DNA of 64,000 bases from Botryllus schlosseri (Eukaryota), in the NCBI GenBank assembly GCA_051294905.1, contig CM119372.1, positions 13,766,001-13,830,000 on the forward strand, read 5' to 3'. Below, piece after piece: positions 52,288 through 64,000 of this stretch. How positions within the stretch are numbered: the stretch's first letter is position 1; the number at the start of each line of letters is the position of its first letter. Below the pieces are notes generated by a model that ran no database searches, was not told where the DNA came from, and saw only the letters and a program-made list of their open reading frames with translations. A program made the position numbers and the translations under genes.

Positions 52288-54212
52288 ATTTTCCAATGTC
52301 GATTTCGCAGTCTCGGTCGCAGTCACAGTCTCCAGTTTCGAGGCCAAAATCTACTATGTCGTTCCGAGACCGAGATTCCGAGGCTTCTTTCGTCTTAGTT
52401 CTTCAAATACCATTCAAAATGATGCGTTGGATTCAATACGGCCCAATCTATAAGATAACAACGGCGTATGTGTCTAAACCCGCTGACCTTTCCGGTTAGG
52501 CTATACAGTATACTATACACCTTATCTCGAGTTATAGTCACATCTGCAGATTGTTAGTTAGGTCAAGTGCGAACATGAATCGTGTTGAATTTTTGCTCCG
52601 TACGCCGTTTATGCAATTTCCTTTAGTTTACAGCAGGAGTGTCAAACTCAACTTACCACGCCATGACGCACCAAGACATTTGAAGTTATAGGCCATGTAA
52701 CATGCGACTCCGGGAAGTGTGCCAGAACGATCGGCAGAGAGAAGACCTTGGCCGAAAAGGACTGCCCAGTGCCCATGTGCTAACCGGAAACTTCGATGTA
52801 TATACAATACATATATATTTGTTTAATTGTCCATAGGTGCCTAAATGGCTGGCGCCGAATGTTCCTGTCCTGGCAATATGAGCCCTACAAGACAAATGCC
52901 ATCTCGAGGGAACATTATTTGCAAGCAAAAAACACCTATTTGGAATCGTGTACGTCTTTTAGTACGGTTGGGCGATATCAATATCTTTTGACATAGCAGA
53001 TAGAAGGTCACGAAATAGCATCATGTAACGAAGTCATTATACCAATGTAGAGTTACCATATTTTGGAGTCGGGAAAGGAGGACACTTTTTCAAAATTTTG
53101 AAACCCAGAATTCCGGAGAAAAATCTAGAGAAAATGGTAAATTTTTCTCACTTCGTGGAAAAGGTAGGACCCTAAATAATAATTAAACATATTCGGGGGT
53201 ACCGGTAAATCTAAATCCGTGAGCAAAGAGAGGATAAAAACTGATAGCAATATATCTCCAATTCCCGATCAAATTGACCTATTCAATCATGAATTATAGA
53301 AAGCTTGTCGCGCGTTTAGCTGGAACAAGCTCACTCACTAAACGGACACCCAATATAGATGATAAGTATCGGCATAAAGCGTATAGCCTGAGGGGGGTAT
53401 GGGAGGCTAAGGCCTCCAGACGTTCGGTTTATCACCCCCGGTTCATCAACGTTTTTTGTGAGTGGGGGGAGGGCGGGCTGACGAAGTGCTGTTACGGTCC
53501 TGCAGGTATGAACTACTATACTTCGTATTTTCTTCCGAATAATTTAAAATACGTACGGAAACAGCTAATTCATGAGTCTTTCTTAAGATTCCATCTTGTC
53601 TAAGTGACTTCTTGGCTTTAGCGATATTCCGAACAATTTTGAACATATGCCTCTGTAATGTTATTGCCTCGAAATACGGATTGCTGGGCTTGACACTACC
53701 AACGTTTTTTCATAAGATTAGGTGGACCTGGTGGATAGATATTTTTGAAACTCCAGGTGAAACTGTCAAGTTTTAAAATTTAAATCCCTGCGAAAGCAAA
53801 TTCATCTCATGCAGAGTAGAAAATACAGTTTTCGTCGTTAATTTTCCTTTCCTTTTCGCGATCTGTTCAAGACAGTCATGGTAAGTCGGGATGGCAACAC
53901 TCAAAGAATTAGTCACCAATAAGCAAATAGAGATGGTGTGACGAAAGAGCTAAGTAGCTAAATTAATATGTAACAGTACCATATCAGTAATGTTCCCACT
54001 AATTTTTCACGAGTCTGCGCGCACTAACCAACTCACTGCGCTGTCCATTGGACAACAGTGCGTAACGACTAAAAAAAGGGTCATCAGTTCGGTCTTGTGA
54101 GCGGCACACGTTTTTTTCTGTGCGTGACGACTTGTTGAGAACCCCTGCCTTATTCGGTCCCCGCTGGCTAAAAATAAGAGAGAAAAAAGAGAAACACTGC
54201 TTTAGCTATACG

Positions 54213-56457
54213 CCGACTTGGACAACTAGTACATTTTCAGCGTTTCCAAGTTAGATTAAAATTAGAATTAGAGCCCCACAGCTTTTTTGAAATTGAATTA
54301 GAATTAGAATTAGGAGCTTCACAGCTTTTTCCAAATTAGATTAGAATTAGAATTAGAATTACTGAATTCGCAAAAACTTGGAAATTGAATGAAATTATGA
54401 TTGATAAATAAATACAGCTAAAATCAAGTTCATTTCAAATCACAGTGCATTCACATAACCAAGAGAATGGTGAGCGTCTGCACATCAAGCTTGGCTCGTT
54501 TTGCACGATACCAGGGGTCACTAACACGCGGCTCGCGAGGTCACATTTTGCGACGATCTGATTTGTGATTTCGGAAGAATGCGAAATAAAGTATTTACAC
54601 ATGCTGAAGCAATCATCCTCTTTTTCTGGTGCAGCTGAGGCGGGAATATCTAGAGCTTCTATCCTCGAAAGAAGTTCTACAAATCCCTGAGTTGAGGGCA
54701 TGAAAGTGAATAAGCCTGTGTTAGCTATCTCTTTTTCTTTGCTGTCGTTATGTTTGTGATCGAAACTAGCATGTTGCTCGCAGACTACTAGCTATTATGC
54801 CAGCATAGCTATTATTCGTCACAAAAACTACTATGACTGTATACGGTGTAAGCAATGCGATGACAGCTTGGCACTGAATTTCCCTGCGTGAGAGGGATAT
54901 TCTCGCTACAAAATGCGTAGGAAAAAGAGGCATTTTCAGGAAAATTGTATATTAGATTAAAATTAAAATTAGAGCACAGGAACATTTCACAAATTAGACT
55001 AGAATTAGAACTAGAGCAGGGGTTCTCGAACTGGGGGGCGCGGGAGGCTCTCAGGGGGGGCGCGAGAAATTTTTGTCAATTTTGTCAATGTCTGTATAAA
55101 TTGTGACTAAACATGTGTTTCATAGCCATTCTGAAGATACGATTATTGAAGATTAAACTTAATTCGTATTCTAGAAAACTTGCCAAACTCAAACTACAGC
55201 AGTCGCGCTGAACGGAGTATAGGCTGACTTCAACTTCATTTGAGCAAATTTTTGATATTCTTTGAAGATTTAGTGAAATTCCTACGTGCAAGTCATTCAT
55301 TACTTTATAGCTTTGGCAGTAGCCTAAATCTCTGTGCGCTAGGTAGCTGTTGTTGATAGCTGGCGAACTGCACTGCCCAAGACAGACTTAGATGCAATAT
55401 AGGTTGCCCGGTTTCGCCCTCAATTTGGCTATAAATCAACACAATTTAATTCATTTCCAAACCTGATCAAATTTAGCATGGCAGGACAGAACGACGCCGT
55501 GCTCTTTGTAGTCACTACCAGCATCAGGATTATTCTCAGTGCAACCTACCTTGAAATTAATTGATGTCCTTTTCAATGTTCTTTTTTGTTATTTTCAAAC
55601 AAGTTTGGGGAGGTTTGTCAGCAATGTAAAAGACTAAACAACTGGAATGCGGATTCAAAACTGGCGTAAGATATACCTTATGTATTCTATTAGATCAGGG
55701 GTGGGCAGCCCGTACGGCCGCACACGGCCGTAGAAGGGAATTTGTGCGACCGTCGACGCCTAATTCAATTGGTATGTGTTGGCAGCCGTAGACATGCAAA
55801 TTGCAATTACGAATTCACTCTCGAATTTTCGAGAGATTTTATTTAATCTTGAAATTTTCTTCGTGCTCCACGCAATTCAACAAGACTTCATTTTTCGATT
55901 TTAATGCAGTAGCGCCCTTTTTAATTGGAGCAGGAATGGGAATCCTCAAGAAATAACAATTCATTCGCGGCTCTGAAAAATTTTCGCGCTTGGCGCAACA
56001 ATATCCACTCCCAGCAACTATTCATAACATTGCCACTCGCGATTTCGGTGCGTACAATAGGCCGCTGTGAAAAGTAGAATAGTCCGGAGTTCACCGGGAA
56101 TGGATATGAACAGTTTACGATAGGTATTTTGCGTCCAGATCGTTCATTGCGGCTATGCCCTGGAATGCGGCCTCAGGCTACATAAGTAATCGAAATGCGG
56201 CCATGATTAGCAGGAAGGTTCCCCACCTCGATATTAGATGATGTGCTCTTTTTGACATGACGATAAATGTAAGGGGGGTCAGGGGGGCGCGATTTTTTTG
56301 ACCATCGCCAAGGGGGGGGGCGCGTGTCAAAAAAGGTTGAGAACCGCTGAACTAGAGCATAAGGACATTTCACAAATTAGATTAGAATTAGATTACTGGA
56401 ATTTCGCTATAATTTAGTGAAATTAGACAACTAAAATTATCTAGTTGTCCAAGTCTG
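54213..56457. mobile_element. hAT-type element with ATTAGA repeats
   Basis: TIR C(C/A)GACTTGGACAACTAG / CTAGTTGTCCAAGTCTG with TSD GCTATACG. Confidence 0.85.
55017..56349. mobile_element. hAT-type element nested in 54213-56457
   Basis: TIR CAGGGGTTCTC / GAGAACCGCTG with TSD AACTAGAG. Confidence 0.85.
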
Positions 56458-58154
56458 GCTATACGTAGCTAATGGCAATATGTTTCGTTCGAGGTTTCTG
56501 AATAAGAAACTGCATCTCGATTGTACCCAAGACAATGTTGGTAGGTCCGTGAATGGGCCTCACGCACCGTTTTTACCTCTTGTTGTTTCGCGGGCCATAT
56601 TACCAGTCGATTTTGCAATCTGAGCTGTAGGTAGGCTATCACTGTCTTTGCCGTAATCTTAGTTATTTTAGATTAGGGTTACCGTATTTCTGTGACCCAA
56701 ATTATGGGCACTCTTCAGCGCCCACTAGTGGATTTCAAAATGAGTTATGAGCACATTGTCTGTCAATATGACGTCACACTAGCAAAACTTTCCTCATAGA
56801 TCAGAGGTGGTCACGATCAGGTTCAGGATTATGTGGCTACGTGTTGTGTAACCGGGACCGGAACCACATTTTTCAGCCCCTTTCCGCCCAAATAAACAAT
56901 GATTCTGAGTCTACCATGGTAATCGATGCAACTTTTGTGAGGGCTTGCTATGTGAATCTGGTTTCTATATGCATCTTGTCGCTAAATTTTTTGAATGAAT
57001 TCGGTAAATAATATTGGTTTTTCCATAGCGGTAGAGCTGGTGGGGGATGATGAGTTCGATAATACAGGGAGCAAAATTGTACATTGATAGGTCATTTTCA
57101 TGACCCCCCGACAAGATTGTTTATCACCCTTACGCTGGTGCGCACCATGGAGCTGGAGTGGAACACCCCACATCCACTGGTTTCCAACCTTTTATGATCG
57201 CGACTCCATCTCCAATTTGAAAATGTTCCGTGGCCGACATCAAGATTCGACGAGCTGATTACTAAAAGAAGTCAGCACCTTTGCTCAGACTTACTCACGG
57301 GCTATTTTGGAAGCTGATTACGTTCAACATCTTCGCGAACCCCAGAATAAAGGCAATCGACCCCCACGTTTGGAACCACTATCTTTGAATAAAGCATTTA
57401 AACGGCCTCAACGATCTCTAGTAAATGAAGGTTGTTTTTATTTTTATTTTATTGCAGTTTTTGCGAGGGTGATAGTACCGATAATAATATCAATAAATGT
57501 GATAGTAAATCGCGCGGGGCGCGAAGAAAAATATCACGTAGCATAAATATTCTCAAAAATAATGTTTTTACGTTGATTTACGAAAAAATGATGAGCCTTC
57601 GTCAAACCTTCAAAATTCCGGATATTTGGCCTATTTTAGAAATTCCTCCCGGACGCAAGTTCGAACAGTGAAATTCCGGAGAGAGAAAGATATTTTAGAT
57701 AGAATCTTGCAAATTCTCAATTTGATATGATACGGAGTCACCTTAGCAGCTTAGCTTAAGAGACCGCGCTGGTGATCACTTTCATCGTGTTTCGAAACAT
57801 CACCGGGTGGCGACAAGACAAAAAGGCGTTGCGACATTGCGAGGATTAGTCATAAATCATAGCCATCCCGACACGACAATAGTTTTTTGAAAAATATGCA
57901 CCAAGACTATATAGACAAAAAATCGCGTGAATAGATACCAAATAATGTGTCAATAATTCCTAATTCCCTGCAGCGACTCCAGGCAGGCTAATGACTTAAT
58001 AACGCCAGGTAGGCCTAAAGCAGGAGCGGGCAATTTCTCCTGTCGGCAGGCCGGATATGGGATACGCGATGGCAAGGTTCACTAAGCAGTCAAACATGAC
58101 CGATTCTATGTTAGAGCGGGTACTTCGGGAGTGGATAAAAACGTCCGCTATTAT

Positions 58155-58494
58155 TAGGGCTACCATACGTCCTCTTTTAAGAGGATATGTCCTCTTTTTT
58201 GAAAGTGTCCTCGGAGGACGGCCTTTTGTCCTCTTTTTTGAAAATTTAGGTTACATTTAGAGCAAAATGCGAGTAATATGCCGTAAATTAGCACAGAACT
58301 GGTGCTCCGGCGGGTATTTTCGGAGTGAAAAACGGTGATTTGAGCTCTGAGCGGAAAGATGACCTTTTTTTTAGTCAACCGACCACAAAAGTGGGAAAAA
58401 TTCACTGATTTTTGAGAATTCTTCTCCGGTTTTGCAAGTCTCAAATTTCTGAAAAAGTGTCCTCTTTTTAGATTTCCAAAATATGGTAAGCCTA
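58155..58494. mobile_element. TAGGGTTACCATA-family MITE
   Basis: TIR TAGGGCTACCATA / TATGGTAAGCCTA, TSD GCTATTAT, internal GAGGAC/GTCCTC motifs. Related copies or ends at ~10283-10620, 14538-14865, 15400-15772, 29563-29885, 56675 and 59823. Confidence 0.85.
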
Positions 58495-58949
58495 GCTATT
58501 ATAGGCTAACTTTTGTAACTTGTGAAATCTGTCTTCTCCGAATTTCACAATATTGTAATCCGACATTTGACACACCAATAAATAAGTTTGTATTTGACCC
58601 TGGATCAATTACCACATCTTTGAAACGGGCACTCTCCTCAGAATGTGACAACGCTGAACGACACAGCCCTCATGGATATGGAGCTATTAAAGCACACGGT
58701 GATTTCATTGAATCAAAAAATACTGTATGCAGCTGAAATACGGGAATACCATTCGTAGGTAGCAAGAAGGCACATAGCATCATCTGCTAATAAAGAAACA
58801 CTAATAATAACAATCACTAGCATAGCTCAAAAAAAGCAAACGGTAGGCGGGTGTACTTATATCTACGCTTTTTAAAGCAGGAATAATAAAACATTAAAAC
58901 GCATTGCATATTTCGTGAATGAAATTTCATTTTTCCCTCTGATCTCGCA

Positions 58950-59095
58950 CTACGTCTCGACAGTGTTGTCAAGTTGATTCGTGACTTCGCCTTCGTCGAT
59001 CCGTATGCGATTCCTTGGTTCTTTTGCAAAAAACATCATCAACGGTATCGACACGCCGGTGAACGACAGCATCAGGTAGTTAGAAATTGACGGAT
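58950..59095 (-). CDS. MFS transporter (SLC49/DIRC2-FLVCR-like), terminal exon
   Basis: Acceptor TTTTCTTTGCAG, phase 1. Encodes the last TM helix (NYLMLSFTGVSIPLMMFFAKEPRNRIRID) and the stop. Confidence 0.82.
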
Positions 59096-60628
59096 CTGCA
59101 AAGAAAACAGCAGGAGAACGCACGCCAAGCCATACGTGAATGGTTTGCAAGGTTTAAAGCAGGGTTGGTGGGACCATGATGATTGACAGGTTTGCGATCG
59201 CAAACTGACCCTGTCAAATTCTACCATTTTAGCACCCGCAGTTGCTTTACTCACTGCCGAGTAGCGAGATACGGATGAGCGCACAGTGCATTTGGTCCTA
59301 TTTTGCAGTCTGATTCTACCACGAATTATCTCGTCATTGGTTACGATGTACGCACGCCCAGAAATATTTCCAAAATTCGAACCTTAAGGGCCTGACACAT
59401 CTTCCACCTCCGTTTCCGCGGGCCACACGCCTAACCACAAAATCACTACAAATACAAGACTTCTTCATTCAATTCATAGGTAGGTCGTGGCGTCTTGCTA
59501 AACTTGAGCTTCTTACGCGGGGACGTTTTCAGCCTACTGACTTACTTCAAGAGTTTTTGAAACCATACCATTTAGTGTTTACATTCTATCGAGTCAATTT
59601 GCCTTGGGCGAGAAGATTCATCTTGCTAATCAAACAGTGGTCTGATCGGCGGATGACAACTCGTCCGCAATGCCTCGTCACACGTTTACTTCAGTGAGAA
59701 AGGGAGAGAGAGAGAGAGAGAGTCTATCGGATTTTCTGAACGTGGAACGTTTCTAATGTGCTTGATTTGCTATAATAAAATTCTAGTCGAACATCTGCTT
59801 TTCCTGAAAATGCTACCTTAGGTAGGGTTACCATATTTTTGTGGATCAAATTCCGGAGCTAGCGGATTTCAAAATGAGGTGCGATACATAGTCTGTCAAT
59901 ATGACGTCGCACTAGCAAAGCTTTGCCTATCGACCAGAGGTAGTCACGATCAGAAGCAGGAGTATGTGGTTGTGTGTTGTAACCAGGACCGAAAAAAAAC
60001 ATTTTTCAGCCCCTCCCGCTCAAATAAAATCTGATCTTGGGCACACACAGGGTATTCAATGCAACGACTACTTCCCTTCGGAATCAATTGCGCACAACTA
60101 CTGGGCCTACGCACGCGCGTCCTCGATAAACAACTACAATATGACCCGGACTTGATGCAAGAACACGCATCGCTCTACCAAATATGCCGTCATGATGATA
60201 TATATTGAACTCCGATTTCATATGAACCAAACTTGAATTCAACCTGATTCGGAATTTCATTCAATTTCCAAGTTGTTGCGAATGCAGTAATTCTAATTCT
60301 AATCCAATTTCGAAAAGCTGAAAATATTCTAGTTGTTCGATCCAACCACAGCGCATCAGTGCTCGGTGATTCATGCAATGATTTGATCTAAGTTTTTACG
60401 CCTGCTACCTGGGCTAAGGACTGGTGGGTAGGTTTTCGGAAACGACCAGAAGGGAGACGAACCCAACATTTTTTAGGAAACTGTCATAGTATGGCAATGG
60501 ACCAGCGTGTAGAACCATATTTAGTGTTCACTGATGTTCATAAATGAATGTGCATGTTAAGAAATTATTGGTCGGCCGTAAAAATGAACGCTGATCAAGA
60601 ACAATAAGTGCAAGAACACTGATCATAC

Positions 60629-60805
60629 CTGAAAATTGCAGAACGAATAGCAATATGAAACTGAAGAGATTAAAAAGCCACACGATAATACTGGCGGAGG
60701 TAGCTTCGCTGGTAGGATACGCGGCATCCGCACCCATTTCCATCCCAAGCGGAACAGCGGCATTGATTGTTATACCGATGATGATGCACACAGTCCATAT
60801 ACCCG
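60629..60805 (-). CDS. MFS transporter (SLC49/DIRC2-FLVCR-like), penultimate exon
   Basis: Encodes INAAVPLGMEMGADAAYPTSEATSASIIVWLFNLF, matching the SLC49 P-x-x-x-E-x-x-x-E/D-x-x-Y-P-x-x-E motif. GT-AG, phases 1/1. Confidence 0.88.
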
Positions 60806-60864
60806 CTAAAAAGGTACTAACCGTCAAATATCAAGTGATGCGGGAAGAAGACATTTGAGATTAC

Positions 60865-60998
60865 CTTTGGACTTTTCAAACCCTGGGACCCGTATCCATC
60901 CGAGGCTCATATTTATGAAGTAAAGATACGAAAAGAAACCGACCACAAAGAGAACGAGCAGCAGCAATTTGATATGTCCTTTGAATTTGTCCGCAAGC
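60865..60998 (-). CDS. MFS transporter (SLC49/DIRC2-FLVCR-like), internal exon; upstream exons not located in this window
   Basis: Acceptor TTTTTTGCAG, donor G|GTAATC, 59-nt intron to the next exon. Encodes LADKFKGHIKLLLLVLFVVGFFSYLYF (MFS loop motif plus a TM helix). Confidence 0.85.
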
Positions 60999-63900
60999 CT
61001 GCAAAAAAAGCGACGGGACTTGGACTCGTGTTAACTTCCTTGTGGAGGTCGAGACGAGATTTCACATGAGATCAGGATTTGTGTATTGTGACCTACTGAC
61101 ATATATGGATCCAACTGCAGAATGCTGCCGTTGGTTATATTAGATAGCTGAGGTGATTATGGAAATAGTGATACCTGAAGAAGATATTGATCGAGTTTTA
61201 GTTGCTCACTTCAAGTCAACTTCCCGGTGGTCACATACGACTACGTGACAACATATGACGTTCTTAAAGTATGGGCTGCGAAGGGTATAATTTTGGTTCG
61301 CAACGGCACAAGAGAGATCTTTTAATATGTATGTAATATTTGTTGCATTTGATGCAACAGAAAAATTTTTCGTGCTCCGCGCCATATCCTCTGGGTAGTT
61401 GGGGAATTCCCGGGGTCACTGTGTTGGATGCTATACCCAGTAAGTAAGACACGTAGAAAAGTCAACAACATTATGATTTGATCATGAAAATATGCCAACC
61501 TTTGTACACACAAATTGGTTTGTAGTCATAAGATTTGTCCGGCATTGGTTTCTCTAGAAAACACTGTCGGAGACCGATGGGACGCTGTAGTGTAGGGCTG
61601 TGAAACTAGCAGGTGCGGGAATATGATGTACAGGTATTTCGAACCCATACAGTTCCACGCCCGGACACATGAAAGAAAGAAGTTTTGGCCAGCATATTAT
61701 GTATAAAGTGCGGTGTCAAAGAGCTGCGGCGATAAAACCCCGGCCAAAATTGACAATCGCCGGTTGACCAAAATCTTCGATATTGATATGTCCACAGTCC
61801 AGTCGTCCACATTTTTGGTGCTGGGCATAATTAGTCAAATGATGTGTTATAGACACCATGCGAGAGGACAAATGCGTTGTGACATCGTAAAACTTGTCGC
61901 GTTATAATATAGCACCTAGCCGACATTTGACGTGACACGATTACAGGTAGAATATTTTAGAATTTACCACAGATTGATCTGATATCAGACTATTTGAGCC
62001 GTGTATCCTAATCCGGGTTTCTGGTATAATCCTGATAAATAGGCTGTTGTTCATGTCATAGCCAAACTCAAACTCAAAATGAACTGGAAATGTGACATAA
62101 TAGCTGATCTTCCACCGCATGGCAGCTTTTGAAAATGATAGTAACGTTTGATGAGATTTCAGGTTTTTGCAGTAGTTTCAGAGTAAACATCAAGTTCTCA
62201 AATCTGAAAGAGATGTGTGGCAGTTGAATATATTGTCGAATAGCTAAAAATACAATATGCCATCGCCGGCCGCACAAAATGTTCTCGCGGGCCACGTGTC
62301 TGAGACCCCTGCTCTATAAGGTGCACCAAAATTGGTGTGCAGCCTTTATTTAGATGACCTAACAATGTTATCAAGAAGCCATTACAATTTTTTAAAAAGC
62401 CATTTTTAAACACCCCTAACGTACAGTATTGTTCCACAATTGCACATTCACATAAGAAAACTACAGAGATTGTAGATTCTCTATAGGAAAGCTGTAGTAT
62501 TGTTGGCAAGAACGACACTCTCGTCTTCGAAGTGGAAGCAACATCCGCAAAGAACAATCTTATTGCAACAGGGGAAGTGGAGTATTTTTTCCCGCATTGT
62601 TCAGTATATGTAATTTTTGGGGTAGCTAAAAATGTTACCACGATAAACGGGGTCACAAGACAAAAATTTGGAGAGCCCTGGTGATCAGAGATGTTGATGT
62701 CGAAAGTACCGAATACGGTTTACCAATCTTACATCCCCCTGAGCCTGCTGGTATCACCAGACGTGGTCGGTAACTTTTACTTTGTCCGGTTCTTAATTAT
62801 GTTTATGAGCTTCCTAATCATGTGGTTATGGTTTTAGACTACTGCCACTTTACAGTTTTTAGAAAAAACACTTAGTTTTGGGGTTTTGGGTATGTTTGCA
62901 TCACCTAAATAGGTGAAATTGTCACACGGTCCCACCGGCTGGACAAAGTAGCCCCTGTATCACAATAATTGAATATATTTTCGAAGATTTTATTTTTAGT
63001 GCTATAAATCATTCTGTGTTAGTCGAATAGATGCACCAATTGCAAAAGCAGTCATGTCCCGATGAACTACTAAAAGTATGTGACGAGGCAGTTACTGCCT
63101 TATCTGTACATCTCTAAATTTGTAACATTGTCACCAGGGCTGTGGAGTCGGAATTTGGCAATTTTTCGCTTAATGGAGTCGGAGTCTCTTTTTACCACAC
63201 CCTGGAGTCGTGAAAACTATAGTGGCTGGAGTCGGAAATTGTGAAAATGACCCTGACTCCAAGTTGTTTATTATGAAAACAATTGCTTTCAAAGCTATCT
63301 TTAAATTACTAATAATAACCAGAATAAGATTTTTATACACTATCAATTCTGTATCATTAACGATATTGACATAATTGGATATTATTTGCAAATTGCAATT
63401 CAGTTGCATGAAGGAAGAAAATCGCAATTTTCGCGATGCAGTCACAAATTGATGCAATATTTGGAATTATACCATGATACTGTGACAGATTAAATACATC
63501 CTCTGGTTTTGTACAGTTGTTTAATTGGTGTAAATATAATCGAACGCTGCTTACCACTTGACAAAATCAAAAATATTTGTACTGTAGCTCAGCTGTTTGG
63601 GTCGAACAAATGATTAAGACTGTAAATCCTAGTCGTTGAATACTTGACCAAGTGCATGTAGGTAGATAGACGTATGCTATTTGACTACTTCTTAAATTTC
63701 GTTTGGGACGAGAGTGAGAGTGTGTGTGCTTGTAATCAGTACAGTGTCTAATGTGAAAATTGGTAAGTTAGTTGCTGACTCATACACAAGAGCTACACTT
63801 CCATAGTTTTATCTACATTTTAATGATTCAGGATTGGATCTATGTCATCGTTGAATGATTCATACATAATAGGGTATTAGAGAGTCCATGTCATAAAAAC

Positions 63901-64000
63901 TTATAAAATATGAATAAGGAAGATTATTTAGATAGGCATTCTTCCATGTTAATTGCATAATGAATAATTCTGTGGCACAGTGAAACAATTTTGCATGCTA

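Noticed and set aside
59701..59722. (GA)n microsatellite
   Set aside because: Short, ordinary intronic simple repeat.

Overview
This is eukaryotic, AT-rich, transposon-dense genomic DNA. The many ~60-nt GT-AG introns and hAT-type MITE families suggest a marine invertebrate, possibly a tunicate (inference only). Most ORFs in the supplied track are spurious, so I reconstructed the real genes by hand from splice sites and intron phases. (1) A 5-exon THAP zinc-finger gene on + (2389-3693), apparently the truncated 5' part of a P-element-like transposase. (2) A complete 4-exon, 326-aa NHL-repeat (TRIM2/3-like propeller only) gene on - (27078-13738). (3) A second multi-exon THAP gene on - (about 40799-34557), invisible in the ORF track. 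Its first coding exon is split by a full-length, antisense CR1/L2-group LINE (36273-40690, 5-bp TSD, intact ORF1 and PHD-APE-RT ORF2). (4) The last three exons of an SLC49/DIRC2-like MFS transporter on - (60998-58950). The rest is largely nested non-autonomous DNA transposons with 8-bp TSDs, a CACTA-type MITE, LINE 3' fragments (one inserted into another copy of its own family) and a tRNA-like SINE head. The standout feature is the hidden THAP gene. Removing the LINE restores an open C2CH THAP domain, a DHNY HCF-1-binding motif and a coiled coil, and the gene may itself sit inside an 8-bp-TSD-bounded P-like element.
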